The notes under the pieces are model-generated. The model saw only the letters and a program-made list of their open reading frames with translations. It did no database searches and was not told where the DNA came from. A DNA stretch of 64,000 nucleotides, taken from Fonticula alba ATCC 38817. Its lineage: Eukaryota; Protista; Nucleariida. The stretch is taken from assembly GCA_000388065.2 (NCBI GenBank), contig KB932209.1. One strand, written 5' to 3'. Position numbers and translations under genes: made by a program. Below, in pieces: positions 1-12,800 of this stretch (positions within the stretch are counted from its first letter, which is position 1; every line of letters starts with the position of its first letter).

Positions 1-331
1 GGGGGGGGGGTAAGATTCACACATTGTGACACGTTCGTAGCGTTCGTCAGTCTCAAGCGAACATAGTTCCCCGGCGCCGGGCCGGTCGAGGGAGGCAGCA
101 CTCTTGCTCACGCGCGGCGAGGGGACATGGAGCCTGACCGTGGGTCGGCCGCCTGGGCTCCGGGGCACATTGCTGTTGTTTGTTTGCCGCCACACCCCGG
201 GCACGGCCTGGCTATCACCACGCCCCCACACGCCCCTGGGGGCAATCCCCCTTTCCTTGTTCCCTTCCTGGCCAACGGCCTCGCCCCCGGGTCTTCCTGG
301 AGCGGGAGCGGGGGGGGGGGGGGGGGCAGAC

Positions 332-382
332 CCGTTGCCGCAAATGCCACAAGCCTCGCGAGCACCCGGGGGCCGGGGCTCG
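332..382 (+). repeat. 51-bp direct repeat, copy 1 (copy 2 at 1178-1228)
   Basis: ccgttgccgcaaatgccacaagcctcgcgagcacccgggggccggggctcg is identical at 332-382 and 1178-1228; each copy follows a poly-G run. Confidence 0.9.
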
Positions 383-495
383 GCCCGCCCCCCACCCAAA
401 GAAGGGCGCCCGTGGGGAACCCCCGACCCGGACTTCGCGCCGGGGGGGGGGGGCGCCCCCGCGGGGGGGGCGGCCGCGGCGGGGGGCCGCGGCCG

Positions 496-551
<56 letters not shown>

Positions 552-1177
552 ACGCAGGCATATGCGCCCTGTGTTTTTCATCCGCCCCGGTGCCGGAGCA
601 TGCGGTGTCAGATTCAGCCATCTCCGTGTCCCCGGGGAGGCCGTCTCGGGCGCCGGCGCCTGGTACCCTGGTGCCGCCCTCGGCTGAGGGGGGGGGGGGC
701 TCGGGCGGGGCGAGCCTCAAGAAGGGGTTGTGCGGACTTCGAGGCCGGATGCGTATATGGCCGGGGCCCACGACGTTACTTTTTCTCCGGCTCGCCGGAC
801 CCGGCCCCAGCCTTCGGGCCTGGGGGGAGGGGGGGAAATTCAAAATCGGATTCCAGACGACCAGGCTGGTGTCTTTCCCTTGGTCTTCCTGTGCCGCGCC
901 CTGCGCCGTGCTCCCTGCGCATGCACGCCCGGACACACCGAAAGCTGGCCGGCGCGTCGGGGTATTGCCAATCGACCGGGCTTGGGTGCGGATGGCGTGG
1001 CAACCGGGGCGCCCCTTTGCTCGGCGGTGAAATTTCTCGTATGTGACGACTACCGGGCCTGCGCCCCTGCCCGCCTTGCCCAGCCCTGCCCCCCCCCCCT
1101 CAGGGTTCCCTACAAGCAGGGCGAGGGAGGGGCGGGGGGGGGGGNNNNNNNNNNGGGGGGGGGGGGGGGGGGGGGCA

Positions 1178-1228
1178 CCGTTGCCGCAAATGCCACAAGC
1201 CTCGCGAGCACCCGGGGGCCGGGGCTCG
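1178..1228 (+). repeat. 51-bp direct repeat, copy 2
   Basis: Exact match to 332-382; lies 24 nt after the N-gap 1145-1154. Confidence 0.9.
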
Positions 1229-1739
1229 AGCAGGCCCCGCATACAAAGACGACGACCGAGATGGACACATCAACCGGAGTCTCCGGCCGATGCGCGGCAA
1301 GAAGAGTCACAGGCTGCGAGGGGGGGGGGCGGGGGATAGGCCGAGATGGGGGCAGTCCCCGTCCCCCCCCCCCACCCTCGGGTGGGGAGGTACTCCCCGC
1401 TCCTTGGGTGTGGTTGTTCTTAGCCCATCTTATGTGAGGCCAGGCCCGGAGAGGCCTGCGCCACGCCGATGGCGCGTCTCCACCACTTCTCAAGGCATCT
1501 GACTGCCGCCCCCTCCCGCCTCCCCCTTTCCACTCTCGCACGCATCCTCCCCTTGCCCCCTGCCCTCTTTCCCCTCCCCTCCCTGCCCCCGCCCTTCCAC
1601 TCTTCCTCGCTCCATTCGACACCGGGATCTTCCATCCTTGAGCACCTGCTGTTGGCCGTGTTTCCCAGTGCGGCCCCGTTTCCCATCCTGCCCCTCGGTT
1701 TTTGGCGTTTTGCTCGCTCTCGCTCTCGCTCTCGCTCTC

Positions 1740-1770
<31 letters not shown>

Positions 1771-2092
1771 TCCCGCGCGCGTGCGCGCGTGTAAGCACCC
1801 TTTGTCACTGGTGATCTAACCCGGACGAGCTGCCCGCACCTCCGCGCCACTCCGCAGCTCCATGCGTTGACCCGGACGTGTCCTCTCTTCCGCACGGGTG
1901 TTCCTTCGTCCTCCTGTGAGCGCGCGTGCGCCTGACGCCCGCCGCCCCATCCCCCCCCCCCTCATTGCCCTGGGCCTCCCTATCCGGCCGCCAGAGCGAG
2001 AGCGAGAGCGAGAGCCAGCGAGCAACCGAGGGACCTAGCAAAAGAGAGCTCGCCTCGCTCCTGGCGCGTCCCCCGACACGACCGCCACTCGT

Positions 2093-5011
2093 ATGCCCGC
2101 ACAACTCCCAGTCGCCTTGTTCCCGCCAGCCTCGACGTCATCCCCCGGGGAACAGATCCTCCTCGACGCCGACCCCGAGGGCCCGGACAGGCAGCCGTCA
2201 TCATCGCAGCCGCCACCCCCCCCGCAGCGCCTTTCCCCCACTTCGCGGTCCCTCTTTCACGCGACTCCGTCGCCGCCGCCGCTGGCCGGCGTCAACGGCG
2301 TCGTGCCCGCCCCCGTGCCCGCCCCGGTTCCCCTGGCCATCGCTCCCTTCCCCGCTGAGCCCCTCTCGCCGAAGCCCGAGGCCGCGGCCCTAGACCCGGC
2401 CGCTCCGTCCCTGCCTGCCGGCCGGTCGGCTTCTCCGTCGACTTCGCTGTCGCGCTCGCCCTCGCGCGCCACGCTTGCCCTCGCCACCGGCCATTGCGCC
2501 GCCAAGGCTCCATCCTCGGGTCCGCCCCAGCCGGTGGCCGTCGCCTCCGCACGCGCTCCGCCCCCCCCGCCGCCACCCACGAGCGCCCTTTTCTCGCCCT
2601 CTCGTGGGGGTCCCGGTGGTTCGGTCTCGAGCTTTGACTTTCCCCTCTCGCCCAGGCTTCCGCCGCGTCCGCAAACGGGTGCTGCTGCTGCCGCCGCTGC
2701 CGCCGCCGCCGCCGCTGCCGCCACTGCCGCTGCCGCTGCCGCTGCCGCTGCCACCCCTTCCGAGCCCTTTTCCCCGCCCCTGGGTGCTGCCGGCCCCGCG
2801 GATCGCCGTCGGAGCTTCAGTTCCGCTCGTCCGTATTTGATTTTCGACAGCGACTCCGCCCCCTCCGCCCCCTCCGCCCCCTCGGCCGGTGCCGGAGCCG
2901 CTGCCGCCAGTGCCTCGGCGCCCTTCTTCTCCAAGCCGGTCCCCTGTGCCTTTTCCTCGCCACAAATCTCCGGTGCCCCGTACCAGCCGGAAACCCCGAA
3001 GCCCAACGCGGCCCCCGGCATCGACGCTCTCCAGGCCAAGCTTTCGGCCGTGATCGCCGAGTCGGCCGGGCTCAACTCCTCGCACGGCGCCCTCCCCGCC
3101 GAGCACCAGACCCCCTTCGTCGGGACCTCGGCCGCGGCTTCGATCAACAGCCCCTCAGCCTTCGGCCTGGTGCCGGCCAACGCCGGGGCCTTCTCGCTCA
3201 ACTCGCCCGGCCTCGAGACGCCGGTCATCTCCTCCTCCTCCGCGAGCTTTGTCGGCGGTCACAACGGCCACCTCGCTGGCGGTAGCAACGGCAGTCTCGG
3301 CAGCACGGGCGCCGGGGGCCCCGGCTTCTACGACTCCACGCCGCGCATCTCCAACGACGGCGGCCCGACCGGCCAGCGTCCTCTCCTCTTTGCCGGGTCG
3401 CTGACCAGCCTCTTCCAACGCACGCGCAGCGTCACCGACCTCGACAAGCTCCCCGAGTGCCCGGACACCGTGTCCGTTCGCCGGGCCAGCAGTTCGGCTT
3501 CCTCCCTGCACACCGAGCCGGGGCTCGTGTCGCCCGGGGGTCCGTCCCTGTCGTCGCTCAGCCTCCCGGAAATCGGTCTCTCTCCGGGCCCCGGGCTTCA
3601 GGCTCCTGTGTCGCCGCCGCCACCACCGGCGTCGGATCTTTCCGCTTCCTTGGCCGCCCTGGCTGCCGGGCTTTCTCCCGAGCCGTATCGCCTGCCGGCT
3701 GGGGCGTCCCCCCCTCGCGCGGCCGCTGCTCCCGTCTCACCGGGGCCCCTCTCCCCGAACGCCCCACCCAGTGCCGGGGACTACTCGGTGCATTCGTTTG
3801 CCCCCTCGCCGACGGCCGCCACCGCCACCGCCACCGCCACCGCCACCACCACCGCTGCTGGTGCGGGCGCGAGTGCGGGTGCTGCTGCTGCCGCCGCCGC
3901 TGCCGCCGCTGCTGTCGTTGTCGCCGCCGCCGCCGCTGCTGCTGCCGCCGCCGCTGTTGCCGCCACCGCCCCGGACTTCGGCTCGGCGAGCCCGCCCACT
4001 CCGCGCCTGAATCACCTTCTCTCGTACGAGCCAGCCAACCACGCGGCCATTCTCCCGACGGCCCTCTTTTGACCTGTCCTCGCTTCTTCGGGCTTGCCCG
4101 GGTCATCGGTGGCCCGGTCTTGCCCCTTTCCGGCTGCCTGTCGCATTCCCGTCCGCGGGCCTAACGATTTGTCTGTCTCTCCCCGCTGCAGGCCGCACCA
4201 CGCCGGCCCGCCATCGCATCGTTCCCTCTCGGCATCTGCTGGCGGCCTTTTTGACCCCCTCTCCCCGGGATCGCCTGGTGGTTTGGTTGCCCCCTCCTCG
4301 AGCCAGTTGCTGCTGCTGCAGGAATCCCCCCGGGCGCCGGCAGCCCGCGCGGACAGTTCGCTCTCCCCCCTGGCGCTGACCGGGCCCGCTGGCACGACGG
4401 CGGACGTCACGCCCACCCCCCTGCTGCTGTCATCGGCCTCCGGTGTCGCCCTCAGCGGCGAGTCCTCTGTCGCTCCGGTGGACGCTCTCAACCAGCTGGC
4501 CCTGGACGAGAAGCCCGCTTCCCCCTTGCGACTTTCGTCATCGGCGGCCCCGCCGGTGAACAGCCCGCTCTCGCACGCGCCGCCCTCTCCGCTGCTTGAC
4601 AGCGTCGAGGCCCGTTCGCCGGCCGTGCGCCGCTCTCTCTCTTCGCACAAGGCGCTGGCGGCCCTGGCGTCAGCCGGCTCCCCCTCCGCCGCCCCGGCCG
4701 GTGGCTCTCCCAGCGCGGTTGCCGCTGCGGTTGCCGCCGCCACCGTCGCCGGGCAGGCTCCATTCCGTCGGCGCTCGGACCGGTCGGTTTCGCGCGACCT
4801 CGGCGCCGTAAGTAAGTCCCGCTCTGGGCCGCGCTCGGGTTCGGGATCGCCCTCCTCGCCGCCGCCGCCGCCGCCGCCACCGCCGCCGCCGCCGCCCCCG
4901 GCGTCCTTGTCCTTCTCCTGCTCCTCTTCCACTTCCTCCCTGTCGTCCCTGGCCGCGGCACCCCCGTGCAGGGCATCCACATCCGCCAGCCAGACCCCGA
5001 CAGTAGGGCAT

Positions 5012-5045
<34 letters not shown>

Positions 5046-6797
5046 TGCCGCCGCAGCTCCTGTTGCAGCTCCAGCAGCAGCAACTCCATCACCTCTCTAG
5101 CTTCACACACGCCCCTCGGTCATCCAGTCGGCCGGCGTTCAGCCCCGTCGCCAGCATGTCCTCCATGCCGTCCGGGCTGCCGCCTCCCTCTTCCTCCTCC
5201 TCCTCCTCCTCGGCGACCTCCTCCATGAATGCCGTCTCTTCACATTCCTCGGCTCCGGTGGGTTCCGGAGAGCCGGCCGCTGGCACGTCGTCGGCCCGCG
5301 ATCGGCGCAACCGCACCCACCTCCGCCTGTCCTCCCGCTTGGGGCTCTATACGCACCGGATTTCCTCGCTGCCCGAGTCTCGGCCAGATGACATCACCCT
5401 GGCGGAAATTTGTTCCAGGCTGTGGGCCTCGAAGAGCCCTCTGCCTGGGGGCTTCCCCGGGGCGGGGGCCGGATCCGGGCCCGGGGTGCATTCTTCCCCC
5501 CGGCATGGCGGCCACCACCCGGTCCCGGGGGGACGCCGTTCTTCTTCCTGCTCCTCGGGGGGCTCCTGCTCGTCTGGTGCCATGAGTGGGTCTGATTGCT
5601 CGGATTCGGAAATGCTGGCGGCCGATGCGGTGGCACCGCTCCCGGCCACGGCATCGGCCGGGCTGGTCCCGTATGCGCGTACCTCGCCCTCTTCCTCGAC
5701 CGGGTCCGGCGATTCGATGTGTCTCTCGGAGCCGGACTCCCCGCAGGCGGCCATCATCAGCGCCGGGGCGGCGCTGAGTTCCGTCTTGGAGGAGCTGGAC
5801 CCGGCCTCTGCGGCCACCGGCGGCGGCGCCTCCGCCGACGAGCAGCCGGAGTTGGATTACGTGCCGCTCTCCCTGCGCCGAGCCCTGCCGCATGACATCA
5901 GCATCCCGTCCATGTACATGCAGTTGCCGTCGGAGAACATTGACCACCCTTCGTACCAGGCGTGGATTGACTGGACGTGCAGCGGGGCCCCGGCCGGGCG
6001 ACGCCCGGCACAGTCTTCGGCCTCCGCCCAGCGGCCAACCTACCAGCAGAAGAACATTGAGCGCATTCGCAACTTCAACCGCTACACCAACATCATCCCC
6101 TGTGCGTTTCTTGCTGCATTGCCGAGGGGGCTTTGATCTGCGCGTTTCCCTCTCTCCCCCCCTTCCCCTCTCTCCCCCCTTCCCCTCTCTCTTACTAACT
6201 CCTCTGCGTGTGCGTGTGCGTGTATGCATCCGTGTGTGCCCCCATCCAATCGTGTCCTGTGCTCGGTCCCGTCCGCTTCCCCTCGGCGGTTCGCAGTCGA
6301 GCATACGCGCATCCGTCTTCGCGGGCCGGGGATCCGGTCATTCGATGCTCCACCGGCGCGGCACTCCTTCTCCGGGCCGACGGGCCGGCAGGCCGGGCCA
6401 CCCACCCCCTTGACCTTGACCCTGGCCACGCATCCCGAGGCCATGCCGGAGTCGCCGCTCTTTGCCAATTCGCCGCCCTTCCCGCCGGTTGACTCGACCG
6501 AGCCATCGCCGATGGCCACCGACCCGCCGGCGACGGTGGCCGCCCCTGCCGCCAGCCCGGATCCCAAGCGCGCGTCGGCCGTCTCGCCTGCCGGAGCCTC
6601 CTCCTCGCGGCCGACTCTCTTCCGCCGGCGTGTCAGCCTGCCAGTCACATCGTCTCTGCACCCTCCGCCCGGGACCCTGTCCAAGCTGTCGGCTCCGACG
6701 GTCTCGACACAGGGTCTGCAGGCTCTCACCTCTGCGGCGGAGCCATTTGTCCCGATGGCCAGCGACTACATCAATGCCAATTGGCTGACGGTGCGTG

Positions 6798-6828
<31 letters not shown>

Positions 6829-9484
6829 CCCCCCCCCCGCAGGATGCTCGGTCTGCCGTGTGCTCGGGGACTAACTCTCTCTCGCCTCCTGCCTCCCCCG
6901 CTCGCCGACCGGCTTTTCTGTGCATAGTTCCCGGGTAACCCGCAGAAGTACATCGCCACGCAGGGGCCCCTGCCGACCACCTTCGGTGCCTTCTGGCGCA
7001 TGACTCGCCAGGAGGAGGTCCGAGTGATTGTCATGCTGACCAGCTTGCGGGAGAATGGCTTCGTACGTCCCGGCCAACGCCCCCTTTCCCGGGCAATCAT
7101 CCGCCCTCTCCCCCCCCCCCCCCCCCCTGNNNNNNNNNNNNNNNNNNNNNNNNNNNNNNNNNCCTCTGTCTCTGTATGCGTATCCATGCGTATGTATGCG
7201 TATGTATGCGTATGTATGCGTATGTATGTATATATGTGGTATGTCGAGGTGCGATGAGGTGATGGCCATGTACAACGCCGCTCTTCCAGCCACCGCACCC
7301 GCCCCCACCCGGCTTCTCCCGGCCTGGCGGCCGGCCCCACCCCCGGCCTTGCCCCCGCCCCCCCCCCCCCCCATGTGCTCGCACACATGGGTGTGGGCGC
7401 CCGCGTGTGCGATCTGGCTGACACAATGCGCTCGGCACAATGTCTCTCTCTCTCTCTCTCTCTCTCTCCCTCCCCCCGGACATTGCTTCCTCACTGCCAG
7501 GTCAAGTGCCATGTGTACTGGCCAACCGAGAAGGGCCGCCGAGAGGTGTACTCGCTGGACAGCTCGCACAAGACCTCCAGCACCCCGCAGGATGCCGACT
7601 TCCATGCCGGCGGGACGTCCCCCCTGGATGGCTCTGGAACTGGGGGCTCGGCCAGCTCCACCTCCTCGTCGTCCACTTGGCGCTCGATGCGGAGCATCCT
7701 CCGACGCGCATCCATCCCCACCAACTCGGCCTCCTGTGTGCCCTTCAGTCGCCGGGGGAGTGTCACCGATGAGGGCGGCCCTCAGCAGGGGTCCGCCTCC
7801 CTGCGGTCCCCCTCATCGGCCTCCTCCTCCAATTCGTCCATCTCGCCGGGGGGGGCTCCCTTCTCACCGGCCTCCGGCGGGTGGGAGGCGCCCAAGCACC
7901 CGCCCCTCCCGCCGAACAAGATCGCCGTCACCCTGTTGGAGGAGCGCCACTTCACCAATTACACGGTCCACCTGTTCGAGGTACGCGCGTGATGCATGTG
8001 TTCTGCGGCTCATCCGTGTGTGTGTGTGTGTGCGTGTGTGTGTGTCCTCTTTGGCGCTGACTCTGGCCAACTCCCGACGTGTGCGCCCTGTGGTACCCTC
8101 CCTTTTCCGGCTCGGCTGCGCCAGATCGAGGACAATGAGTTTGTCCCGGCCGCCGAGCGCAGCTACCCCGGGCAGACCCGCGTGGTTCGTCACCGGACGG
8201 CCCACATCCAGTACACCACCTGGCCGGACCACTCGACCCCGTCCAGTTGCGTGGACTTCTTGGAGCTCCTGTCCGTGGCGCGGTCGTATCAGCAGCCGCG
8301 GACTCGCATCGCCGGGTACCAGCTGGGTCCGGTTTTGCCCGACGGCGAATCCGGCCCGGACTCGCAGCAAGCCTCGTCATCCGGTGGCGGCGGGCCCGGC
8401 TCCAGTGCCAGCGGCGGCGGGTACCAGCTGCCGCCGATCGTGGTGCATTGCAGTGCCGGCTGCGGCCGGACGGGTGTCTTCGCGGCCACCGACACGGCCT
8501 TGCAGTTGCTGGACTGCGCGGCTGACGAGGCCGATCGCATTTCCAGCCAGCTGGCCCCGCAGTCCAACCGGCCCCGGTCCGAGCGCCAGGCCATGGCCGA
8601 TGCTCTGCAGGTGGCCCAGGTCCCCGTGACCCTGGCCCTGCTGGAGGACCGGGACTCCCGGCCGGGGGAGCGGGACGCCATCCATGGCCAGGACCTGCCG
8701 GTGTTGTCGCGCGAGGTCCCCAGCGATTTCCTCCACCAGCTCCGCACGACGGGATTCCTGCAGCCCGATGGCCGGGTCCGTTTGCCGGACATCCCCCTGA
8801 GCCCGCTAGATGTGGCCAGTTGTCAGGATCCCTTGGCGTACTTGCTGTTCCGTATTGTCCGTCGATTCCGCCTTCAGCGGATTGGCATCGTCCAAACCTA
8901 TGTGCGTCCGGGTTTGCTTTTTTTTCTCCTTCGGCTTTCCCCCGCGCGCGGGCATATGTGCTGTGCTGTGCTGTGCTGTGCTGTGCTGTGCTGTGCTGTG
9001 CTGTGCTGTGCTGTGTGTGTGTGTATGGACCAGCTTCCGGCATCTCCTGACCCTCTGTCCGCCCGTGTGTGACGACCTACAGCCGCAATTCCGCTTCTGC
9101 TATCAGGCCCTGTGCGATGGGCTGTCCTTGGCGGCCATGGCGCCGGTGCCGGCTCCGAGGCCGGCTGGTGCGGACGAGCTTGACCTGGCGGCACACGGCG
9201 CGCCAGGAAGTAGCTCGGCCCCCGGCGGTGGGCGCGCCGGTGCTCGTCGGCAACTTTCCCTCTCGCATCAGCACCGCCTTTTCTCGAGGCTGCACGCATC
9301 TGGCACCCCCGGGGGCGGCCCTGGGGCTGGCCCCGGGGCCGGGCTCTTGCAGGGCGACCTCTTTGACGACAGCTTCGAATTCGATGAGGGGGACACGTTC
9401 GACAACAAGGACCACCAGTCGTTCATCCTCCATCAGCACCCGAAGTCCCCGTCCAATCCCTCGTCCTCCCTCAATGACCGCTGA
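2093..9484 (+). CDS. Classical (class I Cys-based) protein tyrosine phosphatase with a ~1250-aa Ser/Pro/Ala-rich N-terminus; 7 exons, ~2040 aa
   Basis: Inferred exons 2093-4023, 4192-6101, 6297-6790, 6928-7062, 7501-7980, 8125-8901, 9083-9484. All introns are GT-AG and phase-compatible, with CTAAC branch points at 4161 and 6871. The spliced product restores PTP motifs in order: [51 protein letters not shown] (8221), [11 protein letters not shown] (8443-8475), [14 protein letters not shown]. Confidence 0.93.
8958..9014 (+). repeat. (CTGTG)n pentanucleotide microsatellite in the last PTP intron
   Basis: About 11 tandem ctgtg units, read directly. Confidence 0.9.
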
Positions 9485-9853
9485 GTGATGCGACCGCCGG
9501 GGGCGGGCCGGGCGAGAGGCGCCCCCCGCCGCGTGCGGTTTGATCGCCGGGCCGGGGACCCCGCGAAGCCCCAGGCATTTGAGGGGGCACCTGGCTCGGT
9601 TGCTCCCTCGCCTGGGTGCCTGTTCGCGCGCTGGCCCTGTCAAATATACCCATCCACCGTCCGATTATTGGGAGTCGATGCCGACGGCTGCATCCCATCA
9701 TGGCATCTCGCTCGGGTCTGTCCCCCCTCATTTTCTGCCTCTCCCTGTCCTCCTCTTTCTCTTGCTCTCTGGCGCTCGGTCTCGGCCTGGGCAGGGGCGT
9801 CTATTCGAGGGGGGGGGGGGGGGGGGAGGCGTCGTTTGGCCACGTCCCCCCTG

Positions 9854-12800
9854 TCAGCGCCCTGGGGTCTCGAAGGGAGGGGCGTCAGCCTCTGGAGGTG
9901 TCGGGCCAGACACGCTGGCCGCTGAGCCCGTCCATGGCAACAGCGGCTGCTGATGCAAGCCAACCACCAGGCTCCGTGAGGTGAGTGATTCCCGATCCCA
10001 GTAGACCCCGATCAGGCTGTCCGCGCGGGCATAGGTCCGTGGCCGGAGGGAAATTTGCACAACTTGCTGGGGGAGATCCTCGGCTACGAGACCGCCGGCC
10101 GCACGCACAACAGAATTGACTCTATCCTGCTGGGCCTGCGCCGGCGTCGGTGGCTCTGGCTCGGCCGGGTCGACTGGGGCGGCCGGAGCCGGCAAGACCG
10201 ACTCCCGCGACCGGTAATACAGGAAGCGAGTAAGCTACGCCAGGATGCCATGGGGGAGTGCAGGCACGAGGAAGGGTCAGCGAGCATGCACATACGAGTC
10301 GAGTCGAGTCGAGCGAGAGAGAGAGAGGGAGAGAGGGAGAGAGGTGGGCCAACCGAGCAGGGCATGTGCTCCGCGCGGCGCACCTTGGCCACGTTGGCCG
10401 CATCCAACGCCGCGTCCACCTCATCCATGACGGTGAAGAGCGGTCCGCCGGGCAGCGGGGCCAGGAGACCCGTCTCGCCGTGGTCCGTGCCCGGGTCGGT
10501 ATCGGATGCGAGGTCCAGCCGGTGGAGGGTGGCCTCCAGCTCGGCCACCGTCCCCGGCAGGGGGACCGGCGCCATAGGTGCCATGCTCTGGACGATGGTG
10601 TCGGCATCGGCGGTGGAAAGCAGCTCCGGCGTCGGGGCCAATGAAGCCGCTTGCACGGAGAAGAGCAGGGCCAGCGCGGCGAGCGACCTCTCCCCACCGG
10701 ACAGCGACGCCACCGGGGTGTAACCCTTCCCCGGTGGCCGGAGCTCATAGCGCAGGGCTCCGAGATACGGCTCGTCCGGGTTATCGACCACCAGCCGGGC
10801 GTCGGCCTGCTGGGCTGCGGTCTCCTGGAGGAAGGCCGACCCTTCCGGCGCCGTGGCCCCAGCCACGGTGGCCTGGGTCAGGGCTCGGTATGTGGGCGAC
10901 AGACGTGCCAGCACGCGCTGCAGTGCCTCGCCGAAAAGACATTGCCTGGAATGTCCAAGGTGTGAGCCATGTGGCCGCCGTGCGTGGCCGATGGGAGCAC
11001 ATGCACCCGTGCAGGTGCATGAAAAAGAGGAGGGGCGGCAAAAACAAAAGAGGGGCAAATCCCCCCCCTCGAGCCTGGCGTACCGGATGCTCTTCCACCG
11101 GTCAAAACGCCGCCGGTGGGTCTCGAATTCGGCTCGCAAGCGAGCCGACTCGGCGCTGGCCGTCTCGGCCTCTTCGCGCAGGGTCCGGAGCCTACCATGG
11201 TGCAGGTGCGATCGAGCAAGGGAAAGTAGCGAGGCGCGGCAGNNNNNNNNNNNNNNNNNNNNNNNNNNNNNNNNNNNNNNNNNNNNNNNNNNNNNNNNNN
11301 NNNNNNNNNNNNNNNNNNNNNNNNNNNNNNNNNNNNNNNNNNNNNNNNNNNNNNNNNNNNNNNNNNNNNNNNNNNNNNNNNNNNNNNNNNNNNNNNNNNN
11401 NNNNNNNNNNNNNNNNNNNNNNNNNNNNNNNNNNNNNNNNNNNNNNNNNNNNNNNNNNNNNNNNNNNNNNNNGCGCCACCGGAAGACTCGATGCGCTGGT
11501 CCAGGTCCAGGAGCTCACGCTGCAGTGCGGCCGCCGAGAACCCCTCGTCTGGCTGGAGGGCAGGGCTGACCTCCAGTCCTGAACAAGCCGCCTCGAGGAC
11601 CGTGTCATCGGGGATCAACTGCCGATTGCCCGGGAGGGGGAAGGGCGGGTGCGAGGGCGAGCATGGCCGGTTAGTTTGAGGCGCCGACAGGCAGCAGGAC
11701 GCCAAACGGCAGGCAACAAGGGACGGACGAGTGGCCCGCTTGTCGAGGAGCAGGGGGGGGGGGGGGGAACCTGTGACGAGTCGAAGTCCATGCGACTCGG
11801 ATCGGTGAGCGGGATGTCGACATTCTCCAGCCGACACTTGCGGAGCAGCGAGTACAGCTGGAGACGTGCCCGCCGCAGGGAGGAGTCCTAGGTCATGCGG
11901 TGGGGATCAGCGCGGAGAGGAGAATGGTCTTAGAAGATAGACACCCGGGATGACAAGGTTGGGAAAGGCCCAGCCAAAGGGGGGCGCGGGGACGGAGCGG
12001 CATGTGCCGCGTCAGGACGCACCGCTGCCGACATGAGGATCGTCACCGAGGCCAGAGCGTCTTGGGCCAGGGCCTCGGCAGCGGCTTCGGTCGCCTGGGC
12101 GTCGGCCGCCTCCAGGGCGGCCGCCAGGTCGGCTGCCTCGCGATCGGCCTCTCGGCTTTCGGCCGTCGCCTGAAGGATTGCCCGGTGCAGGGAGCCCCCC
12201 TCCGCGACGGCCTCCTGCTGGGCGCGAACGGCGCCCTTGGCCGCACGATACTCCTGGCGCAGAGCGTCGGCCGCCTGGCGAGCCCGCTGTGCGGCGGCCT
12301 CCTCGGCCGACAGGAGGGTCTCAAGGTTCTCCTTGACCCGCTCGAAGGAGGCCCGCGCGTCGACGCTCCGCGCCGTGGCCAGGGCCTGCGCACGGTCCAG
12401 GTCGCCGACCGATTCGAAGCCGAGCTGCCGGCAAAATTCTTCGAAGCATCGCCCGGACGTCCGGCGGCCGAAGTCAGGACCAGCCCGGCAGGAGGGGGCG
12501 GCGCAGAAAGAAAGCTGCACATGGAGGGCTACACCGTACCGGGGGGGAAAAAGCGAAGCTCTTCGCGGGACATTTCGGCGCGCAAATTGTCGCGCCGCGC
12601 CTCCAGCTGCATTGCTGCGTGTTAGTATCCGGCCAGGAGACGGGCCATTCCGCAGGCAGCGGCCCGGCCACCAGACACATAGATGTGCGTGTCTCGGAGG
12701 ACGGGGGACGGGGGGGGGCGGGAAAAAAAAAGGAGGATCCACACACATACCTCGGCTAGTGGAGCACCAAAGGCCGTTTGGTGCTCGGCCGTCAGGCGCT

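Noticed and set aside
104-2000. Many long Gly/Pro/Arg-rich ORFs in the track, here and antisense to every gene
   Set aside because: They arise from high GC content, homopolymers and scarce stop codons. They show no recognisable motifs or splice logic, and antisense frames mirror the real genes.
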